Both the position numbers and the translations under genes were made by a program. The notes below the pieces were generated by a model. That model saw only the letters and a list, made by a program, of their open reading frames with translations. It did no database searches and was not told where the DNA came from. A DNA stretch of 64,000 nucleotides from Akkermansiaceae bacterium (GTDB lineage: Bacteria > Verrucomicrobiota > Verrucomicrobiia > Verrucomicrobiales > Akkermansiaceae). Each line of letters opens with the position of its first letter. Position 1 is the first letter of the stretch. This document shows, piece after piece, positions 36,057 through 44,104 of the stretch. The stretch covers positions 53-64,052 of the forward strand of contig JBNACB010000006.1 in assembly GCA_049632765.1 (NCBI GenBank). Direction: 5' to 3'.

Positions 36057-37034
36057 ATGAAACAGGTATACACAGCCAAGCAAATTGAAGACTTGATAGC
36101 AGGGGGCCAGGGTGTGAGCTCGTTACCAACGGATGCAGTTCTCACTCCATCTGCCAAGGACTACCTCAAGGAGTTGGAAAACCCAGGCTTCGGCACACAA
36201 AGACGGGAGCGTGAATTTGAAGAACCCAGCCTTCCTGACTACGAATATAAATGGACACCCGGTAGCGACCCCAAAACCCAGGGTGAAATCCTCGACTTCT
36301 TTTATTCTCCAGAGATCCATGTGCTCAAGGAGCGCATGTGCGATCTCGGCAAGAGGATGTGGCAGCGCAACTACACCGACGGCAATGGCGGCAACATGAC
36401 CATTCGTGTCGGCGACAACCTGGTTCTCTGCACCCCCACCCTCATCTGCAAGGGCTTTATGAAGCCAGAGGACATGTGTCTGGTGGATCTTGACGGCAAA
36501 CAACTTGCCGGCAAGCGCCCTCGCACGAGTGAGTGCATGACCCACCTTGCCATCATGAAGCGCCAGCCCAAGTGCAAGGCTGTCTGCCACTCTCACCCAC
36601 CCCATGCCACGGCCTTTGCTGTTGCCGGTGTGCGTCCTCCCCTCTGCATGATTCCGGAGGCTGACGTCTTTCTCGGCGAGATTGGCATGGCTCCCTATCG
36701 CACCCCCGGAACACCGGATGTTGCTGATATTGTCGGTGAAACAGGCGTAAAACATATGTCCGTGCTCATGCTTAACCACGGGGTTATCACATGGGGAGAC
36801 CATATTGAGGAAGCCTACTGGCGCATGGAAAACACCGAAGCTCTTTGCCGCACTGTCTGGGTCGCCACCCAGCTCAACAACGGAAAAATGCTCACCATGA
36901 CTGATGAGCAGGAGCGGGATCTCATCGAAATCCGCAAAGCCCTCGGTATGGAGGATCACCGCGAACACCTCCCCAATGACCAGCTCTGTAACAACGATCA
37001 ATTTAGACCCGGTGTTTCCTGTAACTGCCAATAG
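36057..37034 (+). CDS. Class II (Zn) aldolase B, paralog of aldolase A lacking the C-terminal helix
   Basis: GNGGNMTIR, TPT, RTSE, HSHPP and NHGV; ends at ...FRPGVSCNCQ. Confidence 0.92.
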   Translation: MKQVYTAKQIEDLIAGGQGVSSLPTDAVLTPSAKDYLKELENPGFGTQRREREFEEPSLPDYEYKWTPGSDPKTQGEILDFFYSPEIHVLKERMCDLGKRMWQRNYTDGNGGNMTIRVGDNLVLCTPTLICKGFMKPEDMCLVDLDGKQLAGKRPRTSECMTHLAIMKRQPKCKAVCHSHPPHATAFAVAGVRPPLCMIPEADVFLGEIGMAPYRTPGTPDVADIVGETGVKHMSVLMLNHGVITWGDHIEEAYWRMENTEALCRTVWVATQLNNGKMLTMTDEQERDLIEIRKALGMEDHREHLPNDQLCNNDQFRPGVSCNCQ

Positions 37035-37090
37035 TCAGGCAAACACTTCCGATCTAACGAATATATAAACAACCAACCTAATAGAATACC

Positions 37091-38020
37091 ATGAAAGCAA
37101 CTATCATAGGCGGTGGCGGCCGTGTAGGATCCAATGCCGCTATTTGTCTCCAGTGCGCCGGTGTCGTCTCGGAAATTCAAATTCTGGATGCCAACCAGGA
37201 TCTCGCGGACGGTGAAGCCCTCGATCTTTTACACGGTGCCTCCTGCCTGCATGACCAGCGCATTTACTCAGGTGACTACAACCGTGCAGCAGACTCCGAC
37301 ATTTTCATCATTACCGCCGGCCTGCGCCGCAAGCCTGACGAAAGCCGTCTGGATCTCATCAACCGCAACGTCGGCCTGTTTTCACAGATTCTCAACAGTA
37401 TCAAAACCGCGGGAATGAAGCAGGATGCCATCGTATTCGTTGTTTCCAACCCTGTAGACATTCTTACGCATCTTGCCGTCAGCTTCCTCGGCCTCCCCCC
37501 TGCCCAGGTGATCGGACTTGGCACCATGCTTGATACCGCACGCTTCCGCTCACTCATTGCCAATGACCTCGATCTTGCTCCTACTCAGGTCAAGGCCCTC
37601 ATCCTCGGCGAGCACGGTGACACCATGCTTCCCGTTTGGTCATCAGCCACTGTGGGTGGTCTGCCACTGACCGGAGTGAAAGGCTGTGATGCCAACTACC
37701 AGCGCCAGATCTTTGAGCGCACCAAGAAAAGTGGTGCCGAAGTCATTGCCCGCAAGGGTGGAGCCGGCTGGGCGGTTGGTGCTACCATTGCAGAAACCGT
37801 GCACGCCATAGCTCTCGACAAGAAGCAGCTCCTGCCCGTCTCCAGCCTCCAGAATGGCTGCTACGGCCTCAAGGATGTCTGCCTGAGTGTTCCCACCATC
37901 GTAGGACGCAGCGGTGCTGAGAAGCATGTAGAGATCGAACTCTGGCCCAAGGAAAAGCAAGCTCTGCAGGCTTCGGCACGCGCTCTCAAAGAGATGCTCA
38001 AGAACGTGGCCTCTGTCTAG
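37091..38020 (+). CDS. L-lactate/malate dehydrogenase family NAD-dependent oxidoreductase
   Basis: GGGGRVG, ILD, TAGLRRKPDESRLDL..RN, VSNPVD, GTMLDTARF and GEHGD. Confidence 0.93.
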   Translation: MKATIIGGGGRVGSNAAICLQCAGVVSEIQILDANQDLADGEALDLLHGASCLHDQRIYSGDYNRAADSDIFIITAGLRRKPDESRLDLINRNVGLFSQILNSIKTAGMKQDAIVFVVSNPVDILTHLAVSFLGLPPAQVIGLGTMLDTARFRSLIANDLDLAPTQVKALILGEHGDTMLPVWSSATVGGLPLTGVKGCDANYQRQIFERTKKSGAEVIARKGGAGWAVGATIAETVHAIALDKKQLLPVSSLQNGCYGLKDVCLSVPTIVGRSGAEKHVEIELWPKEKQALQASARALKEMLKNVASV

Positions 38021-38046
38021 GTTCTCAAAACGCGATACTATCAATC

Positions 38047-38085
38047 AAAAATCCCGCTGGAGAAAAGCTCCAGCGGGATTTTTTT
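38047..38085. terminator. Bidirectional intrinsic terminator between the BMC operon and fucP
   Basis: Perfect 16-bp inverted repeat AAAAATCCCGCTGGAG (38047-38062) / CTCCAGCGGGATTTTT (38068-38083), with A- and T-tracts. Confidence 0.9.
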
Positions 38086-38115
38086 GTACGGTTGAAACTG
38101 GATTGGGAAAACGAC

Positions 38116-39606
38116 TTACTCTGCAGCCTTTCTGCGGTTCCAGCAGAGCAGGCCATAGCCAGCGATAACAATAAAGCAAAGCACAGGCAGATAGAACGAT
38201 CCCCGGGTCGCGGTTGTTCCCATGAAGCCATCCATATCGAGAATCTGACCCTGCAGGCGGGGCATGAAAGCTCCACCAACAATGGCAAAGATCAGTCCTG
38301 CAGATCCCAGCTTGGCATCCTCACCGACACCATCGAGTGCCAGACCATAGATAGTCGGGAACATCAATGACATGCAGGCGGAGATCGCAATCAGCGAATA
38401 AAGTCCAGCCATACCCTGAAGGTAGATGGCTCCCAAGGTGCAGCCAATGCCGGCAAGACTCAGGACAAAAAGCAATCTTCCGGGCGAAACATACTTGAGG
38501 AAGAAAGTGCAAATAAAACGACTACAAAGGAAAATAACCATCGCGAGAATGTTATGGTTCTGCGCGGTTGCCTTGTCGATACCGAGCTCGTTCTCAGCAT
38601 ACTGGATGATAAAGGTCCAGCACATGATCTGTGCACCCACATAGAAGGTTTGAGCGACTACGCCACCCACATAGCGTGGATTACTGAACAAGCGACCGAC
38701 TGTCCTGCCGAAATGAAGGTCGTGGAGGTCTCCCTTCGGGCTGGTGTCGGGCATTTTTGTAACGGCAAAAAGCAGCATTACACCAATGACGACAAAACCA
38801 ATCACCATATAAGGTAAGGACACGATCTTTAAATCATGTTGTTGCAGCTCGGCGTGGGTCTTGCCCTGGAAGCTCTCAATTTTACCATCCTTGAAATCAA
38901 CAAGGGCATTAGAAGCCACATCCTTGGCATCAGGACCAAGATTTGCCACATAGGCCTTCACATTCGGATCGTTGGTGCGCTCACGCTCCTTGGATTTAAG
39001 CATCGGCAAGATGTCCAACTCTTCTCTTTGTTCAGCTGCAGGCTGAAGGTCTGCATAGAAACCGTTTACATCACTTTTGAAGTCCTCCACTTCAATGGTG
39101 GAGAGAATGACAGTGCCGGCAATGAACATGCCCGTGAGTGAGCCCATCGGGTTAAATGCCTGGGCAAAGTTGAGCCGCCGGGTGGCGGTTTCCGCTGAAC
39201 CCATGGAAAGAATATAGGGATTCGCAGTGGTTTCAAGGAAGGCAAGACCAAAGGTCAGGATATAAAGGGCAATAATAAAGAGGTTGAAGTTAGCACCGGA
39301 TGCTGCGGGGATCGACAATAACGCACCCGCGGCATATAGAAGTAAGCCCACGATGATACCCGATTTGTAGGAAAACTTACGAATGAAAATGGCAGCTGGA
39401 AGCGCCATGGTTGCGTAACCTCCATAAAATGCCATTTGCACCCATGTGCTTTGGGCATTGTCGATAACGAAGACGTCTTTGAAGACCGCCACTAATGGGT
39501 TGGTGACATCATTGGCAAAGCCCCAGAGGGCAAAGAGACTGGTTACTAGAATAAAGGGGAGAAGGAATTTCTTCTCAACGACGGCGCTTGGTTTAATGGC
39601 TGACAT
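38116..39606 (-). CDS. fucP: L-fucose:H+ symporter (MFS)
   Basis: PFILVTSLFALWGFAND, Q.AFYGGY..MA.PA, LETTANPY, RRLNFAQAFNP.G, FYVGAQIMCW and SLMFPTIY. Confidence 0.93.
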   Translation of the reverse strand: MSAIKPSAVVEKKFLLPFILVTSLFALWGFANDVTNPLVAVFKDVFVIDNAQSTWVQMAFYGGYATMALPAAIFIRKFSYKSGIIVGLLLYAAGALLSIPAASGANFNLFIIALYILTFGLAFLETTANPYILSMGSAETATRRLNFAQAFNPMGSLTGMFIAGTVILSTIEVEDFKSDVNGFYADLQPAAEQREELDILPMLKSKERERTNDPNVKAYVANLGPDAKDVASNALVDFKDGKIESFQGKTHAELQQHDLKIVSLPYMVIGFVVIGVMLLFAVTKMPDTSPKGDLHDLHFGRTVGRLFSNPRYVGGVVAQTFYVGAQIMCWTFIIQYAENELGIDKATAQNHNILAMVIFLCSRFICTFFLKYVSPGRLLFVLSLAGIGCTLGAIYLQGMAGLYSLIAISACMSLMFPTIYGLALDGVGEDAKLGSAGLIFAIVGGAFMPRLQGQILDMDGFMGTTATRGSFYLPVLCFIVIAGYGLLCWNRRKAAE

Positions 39607-39795
39607 AGTGTTCAGTAGTTGTCTGTGGATGATGTTTTACCCAAGTGTCTCGCCCAGAAAATCCGAACAAGATAAACGAGTAATGAACATTGGCGGAGAC
39701 TACCAATCTGAGAGCAACTGACCAGTATTTTCATCACCCTTTTAAGGGATACAAAGATTCCCGCAAAAGCGTGACGACCACTGTGCCTGCGTGCA

Positions 39796-40227
39796 CTAAA
39801 CTGGAGTTACACCCTTTTTGAGGATGATATTGGCGTACTTGTTCACGTCCCCAGTGGCCACAACGGCATGAGCCTTCTGCACCCGCTCATAGAAGGCAAA
39901 GCGCTCGAGTCTTGAAATCTTCGGATTAAGCTCGCTGTGGCGCTCAATGGCTGCGGCATATGAACCCTCGACCTTGGGATCCAGACTGTCCCCTTCCACA
40001 GCCTCCATGGTGATCACAGGAGCCGGGTCATAGGCATCGAGCTCAAACAAAGGCAAAATAGCGTCCAGCATATCCGGCACACTCAGGCCATCAGCACGAA
40101 TCACCGTATCGTTAAACTGGTGACCAGGGAAATGACCGTCCGCAAGGACGAGCTCCTCGCCATGGCCCATGCGGCACATCACAGCCAGCAACTCCGGAGA
40201 CAAGAGGGGTGAGATTCCTTTTAACAT
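39796..40227 (-). CDS. fucU: L-fucose mutarotase (RbsD/FucU family)
   Basis: [15 protein letters not shown]...[22 protein letters not shown] and [10 protein letters not shown]. Confidence 0.93.
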   Translation of the reverse strand: MLKGISPLLSPELLAVMCRMGHGEELVLADGHFPGHQFNDTVIRADGLSVPDMLDAILPLFELDAYDPAPVITMEAVEGDSLDPKVEGSYAAAIERHSELNPKISRLERFAFYERVQKAHAVVATGDVNKYANIILKKGVTPV

Positions 40228-40285
40228 AAACCGGATACTAGGAAAGCGGCTGTTGCATGCCAGCCAATTTTTCATAACGGTTAAG

Positions 40286-40318
40286 AAAAAGCCCCGCCGG
40301 ACACCTCCGGCAGGGCTT
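40286..40318 (-). terminator. Intrinsic terminator of ppdK
   Basis: GCCC.GCCGG / CCGGC.GGGC stem, followed on the minus strand by a U-tract (AAAAA at 40286-40290). Confidence 0.7.
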
Positions 40319-40346
40319 GAGATTTGATAGCTGGCTGATCAGTTCA

Positions 40347-43163
40347 TTAACTGATCTCACCGCGGGCCATGCCCTTCTCCTCAAGTGCGGCCTGCGCTGC
40401 AGCAAGCTTGGCAATGGGGATACGGAAAGGTGAGCAGGAAACGTAGTTGAGGCCTGTGCGGTGACAGAACTTAACGGACTCAGGGTCACCACCGTGTTCA
40501 CCACAGATACCGACCTTGAGTTTCGCCTTGGTCTTGCGACCGCGATCCACACCGATTTCAACAAGCTGGCCAACCCCGGTCTGGTCGAGGCTTGCAAATG
40601 GATTGTTATTAACAACCTCAGCATCCTGATACGCAGGCAGGAACGAACTGGAGTCATCACGGCTCAGACCGAGACAGGTCTGGGTGAGGTCGTTGGTTCC
40701 AAAGGAGAAGAAGTCTGCGTGCTCAGCAACGGCGTCAGCGGTAAGGGCAGCGCGTGGTATCTCGATCATGGTGCCAACGCTGTACTTGAGCTGGCTCTTC
40801 TTGAGGCCCAGCTTCTTGCGGACCTCCGCAGCAGCCTCGTCAATGACGGCTTTCTGCAGCTCAAGCTCCTTGGCATAGGATACCAGGGGAACCATGATTT
40901 CAGGCACCACCTTGATCTTCTTGGCCTGAACCTCAGCAGCTGCCTCGAGAATGGCGGTAGCCTGCATCTTGGTAATCTCAGGATAGACGATTCCAAGACG
41001 GCAACCACGGTGGCCGAGCATTGGGTTCTCCTCGTGCAGAGCATTGATGCGGCTCTTGATCTTGGCCGGGCTAACCTTGATCTTCTTGGACAGAGCATTG
41101 ATCTGCTTGTTGTCCAAAGTACCGATGAACTCGTGCAATGGCGGGTCCAGCAAACGAATAGTCGCAGGACGGCCCTCAAGCGCCTCAAAGATACCAATGA
41201 AGTCCTTCTTCTGGTAAGGCAGCAACTTTTTGAGAGCTTTGGCGCGTCCAGCGTCATCCTCGGCGAGGATCATCTGGCGCACGGAATCAATACGGTTGCC
41301 CTCGAAGAACATGTGCTCGGTACGGGTGAGGCCGATTCCCTCTGCACCAAATGCGATGGCGTTTTTAACCTGCCCTGGCGTGTCCGAGTTGGTGCGCACA
41401 CCAAGTTTGCGAAGTTTGTCAGACCACTGCATCAGCTGGGTGAATTTCTTGTAGGTCTCGCTGCGCTTGGCAGATGCCTTGCCTTCGATGAGTCCCTGAA
41501 TCACCGATGATGGTGAAGAACTGATCTCACCGGCATAAACATTACCTACGAAGCCGTTCAAGGAGAGGAAGTCTCCCTCTTTGAGTGTTACACCATTACC
41601 GCTGAGGGTCTTCTTGCCGTAATCGATGTCCATGTTGTGTGCACCGCATACGCAAACCTTACCCATCTGGCGGGCTACGAGGGCAGCGTGTGAGGAGGCA
41701 CCACCACGTGTGGTGAGAATTCCCTCTGCAGCAATCATGCCCCTGAGATCCTCCGGAGATGTTTCCTGGCGGGTCAGAATGACCTTTTGTCCCCGGGCTG
41801 CAGCAGCAACCGCAGCTTCCGCAGTGAAGTAAATCTGGCCTGAAGCAGCACCAGGACCAGCGGGAAGACCATTACCAACCTTGGTCGCTTTCTTTTCCCC
41901 AGCGGAATCGAAAATCGGAGACAGAAGGTGGCTCAAGTCCTCAGCGGGAATACGCAGAATTGCCTCTTCCTTCTTGATGAGGCGCTCCTTGACCATGTCC
42001 AGGGCGATGTTCACAGCAGCGAATCCGGTGCGCTTACCATTACGGGTCTGCAGCATCCATAGCTTGCCTTCCTCAATGGTGAACTCAACGTCCTGAACGT
42101 CACGGAAATGCTTCTCGAGAATCTTACGGATTTTGAGCAACTCCTTGTGGGACTTTGGAAGGTCCTTGGCCATCTTGGCAATGGGCTTGGGGGTGCGCAC
42201 ACCGGCCACCACATCCTCCCCCTGGGCATCGATGAGATATTCACCGTAAAATACATTTTCACCAGTAGCGGGGTCACGAGTGAAAGCAACACCGGTGCCT
42301 GATCCCTTGCCAGTGTTACCAAAGACCATGGCCTGAACGTTCACGGCCGTGCCCCAAGCTGCAGGAATGTTATACTTCTGGCGATAAACAATCGCGCGGT
42401 CGTTGTTCCATGAATCAAAGACAGCATTAACGGCTCCCTTGAGCTGATCCATTGGATTCTCCGGGAAGTTCTTACCCGAACGTTGCTTGATGAGCTTCTT
42501 GAACTCACCAACAACCCAGCGCAGGTCCTTCTCCTTGAGGCCGGAGTCATCCTTCACCTTTGCTGTAGCCTTCGCCTTGTCGAGGATGACCTCGTAAGGA
42601 TCATGGTGCTCACCAGCGTGAGCTTCCACACCCATGACAACACTTCCATACATCTGAAGGAAGCGGCGATAGGAGTCCCAGGCAAATTTGGCGTTGCCTG
42701 TCTTCTTCGCAAGGGCCTCTACAACCTGATCGTTGATTCCGAGGTTGAGAATAGTGTCCATCATGCCTGGCATGGATTCACGGGCACCGGAGCGGACGGA
42801 AAGCAATAATGGGTTGTTGAGATCACCAAACTTCTTACCCATGGCCTGTTCCACTTTGGCAATGTTCGCCTCGATCTCGGCGTCAAGTGTCTTGGGGTAT
42901 TTCTTACCGTGATCGTAGTAGTAGGTGCAGACCTCGGTGGTAATGGTGAAGCCGGCAGGAACGGGGATTCCAATGAGGCCCATCTCGGCGAGGTTGGCTC
43001 CCTTACCCCCGAGGAGGTTCTTCTGTGATCCGTCTCCGTCGGCTTTTCCGCCTCCGAAAAAGTAAACGTGTTTCTTTGATTTGCGAGCGACCTTCTTGTT
43101 GGTCTTGCGGGCAGCTGACTTGGATGCAGCTGTCTTTGCGGTCTTGCGTTTAGCAGTAGCCAT
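40347..43163 (-). CDS. ppdK: Pyruvate, phosphate dikinase
   Basis: [42 protein letters not shown], phospho-His motif [21 protein letters not shown] and GICGEHGG. Start placed at MATAKRK. Confidence 0.97.
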   Translation of the reverse strand: MATAKRKTAKTAASKSAARKTNKKVARKSKKHVYFFGGGKADGDGSQKNLLGGKGANLAEMGLIGIPVPAGFTITTEVCTYYYDHGKKYPKTLDAEIEANIAKVEQAMGKKFGDLNNPLLLSVRSGARESMPGMMDTILNLGINDQVVEALAKKTGNAKFAWDSYRRFLQMYGSVVMGVEAHAGEHHDPYEVILDKAKATAKVKDDSGLKEKDLRWVVGEFKKLIKQRSGKNFPENPMDQLKGAVNAVFDSWNNDRAIVYRQKYNIPAAWGTAVNVQAMVFGNTGKGSGTGVAFTRDPATGENVFYGEYLIDAQGEDVVAGVRTPKPIAKMAKDLPKSHKELLKIRKILEKHFRDVQDVEFTIEEGKLWMLQTRNGKRTGFAAVNIALDMVKERLIKKEEAILRIPAEDLSHLLSPIFDSAGEKKATKVGNGLPAGPGAASGQIYFTAEAAVAAAARGQKVILTRQETSPEDLRGMIAAEGILTTRGGASSHAALVARQMGKVCVCGAHNMDIDYGKKTLSGNGVTLKEGDFLSLNGFVGNVYAGEISSSPSSVIQGLIEGKASAKRSETYKKFTQLMQWSDKLRKLGVRTNSDTPGQVKNAIAFGAEGIGLTRTEHMFFEGNRIDSVRQMILAEDDAGRAKALKKLLPYQKKDFIGIFEALEGRPATIRLLDPPLHEFIGTLDNKQINALSKKIKVSPAKIKSRINALHEENPMLGHRGCRLGIVYPEITKMQATAILEAAAEVQAKKIKVVPEIMVPLVSYAKELELQKAVIDEAAAEVRKKLGLKKSQLKYSVGTMIEIPRAALTADAVAEHADFFSFGTNDLTQTCLGLSRDDSSSFLPAYQDAEVVNNNPFASLDQTGVGQLVEIGVDRGRKTKAKLKVGICGEHGGDPESVKFCHRTGLNYVSCSPFRIPIAKLAAAQAALEEKGMARGEIS

Positions 43164-43330
43164 CTTGATAGTAGTATGGTTTGTATTTTGGTGAAAAGAT
43201 CCGCACAAACTGTGGGCATTTCAGAAAATGAGAGTGCGCACGATAGCAAGCACTTCGATTCGGTCAAGCACCTGTGCAGGCTTTTTCCGCTGATCAACAG
43301 CGCGATTAAAACCACAGGGGAGAAATACGA

Positions 43331-43357
43331 ATCAGGCCCACTCAATGAGGGCCTGAT
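43331..43357 (-). terminator. Possible terminator hairpin downstream of the EPS export genes
   Basis: 9-bp perfect stem ATCAGGCCC / GGGCCTGAT; weak U-tract. Confidence 0.4.
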
Positions 43358-43437
43358 GATTGTCAACTTTTGAGATGAACGGAAAGCTCGTCCACAGGAG
43401 AGCCCATAGCGGCCATTTAAAAAGCCGCCACAAATTG

Positions 43438-44031
43438 CTAGTTACCCCAGACTGTTTTCTGAGGCACATTGATCGTGTCGCCAGGATAAACCGGAATATT
43501 CATATGCTCCACGCTCTCTTTGATATTGTATTGGGATACTTTCCCTTTACGGATTAATTTTACCCGCTTATCAGAACCAAATGCATCTACACCACCTGCA
43601 GCAGCTACTGCATTAAAGAGAGTCATTCCTCTCACGTAAGCCACAGGTCCCGGACTGCTAACCCGACCACCGACGGTGATGACCTGCCTGTCAATTTTTT
43701 GAGCTTCCTCGTCTTTGTGGGAAATGATGCTAATACGTGGATTGGTGTAAATTTCGGCGTGGATGTAGGCTTTTTCAATTTTGCGCGCCAAGGCGGCGCT
43801 TGAGAGACCACTGGCCTTAATTCCCTCGTCAAGGTGGGGCAAATACAGAAAGCCACTGGGATCCACTGATCGCAGGCCATTAAATGTCGACTGCTCCTGA
43901 CCAGGCACACCAAAGATTCTTATGTCGAGAGCCGTACCCGGTGTGATGCTCGGATTGGCAAATACCGTGATCGTAAAAGTCAGCAACAGGACGAAAACGC
44001 CAATGGTCATTTTTTTTGGTAAAAACATCAT
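43438..44031 (-). CDS. Short polysaccharide export protein (OPX/Wza-like: Poly_export + one SLBB)
   Basis: Signal peptide, V...G...LP, V.G.V..PG, TL..AVAAAGG and PGDTI.VP; no lipobox and no C-terminal outer-membrane helix. Confidence 0.85.
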   Translation of the reverse strand: MMFLPKKMTIGVFVLLLTFTITVFANPSITPGTALDIRIFGVPGQEQSTFNGLRSVDPSGFLYLPHLDEGIKASGLSSAALARKIEKAYIHAEIYTNPRISIISHKDEEAQKIDRQVITVGGRVSSPGPVAYVRGMTLFNAVAAAGGVDAFGSDKRVKLIRKGKVSQYNIKESVEHMNIPVYPGDTINVPQKTVWGN

Positions 44032-44104
44032 TCTTTGGTTACTCCTTCGTATGGTTAATGGTCATTCATTGTGCGTTTCTGGCGATCATCCTGATCAGTC
44101 CGGA

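Noticed and set aside
24017-40227. Rhamnose pathway within the locus
   Set aside because: No rhamnose isomerase, rhamnose mutarotase (RhaM) or RhaT is present. The RhaB-like kinase sits with fucI and most plausibly acts as fuculokinase.
40461-41510. Long antisense ORFs (e.g. 40461-41510, 36123-37031, 1384-2280, 4138-5016, 55638-56495)
   Set aside because: They are shadow frames opposite well-supported genes and have no recognisable motifs; such ORFs are expected at this GC content and codon bias.
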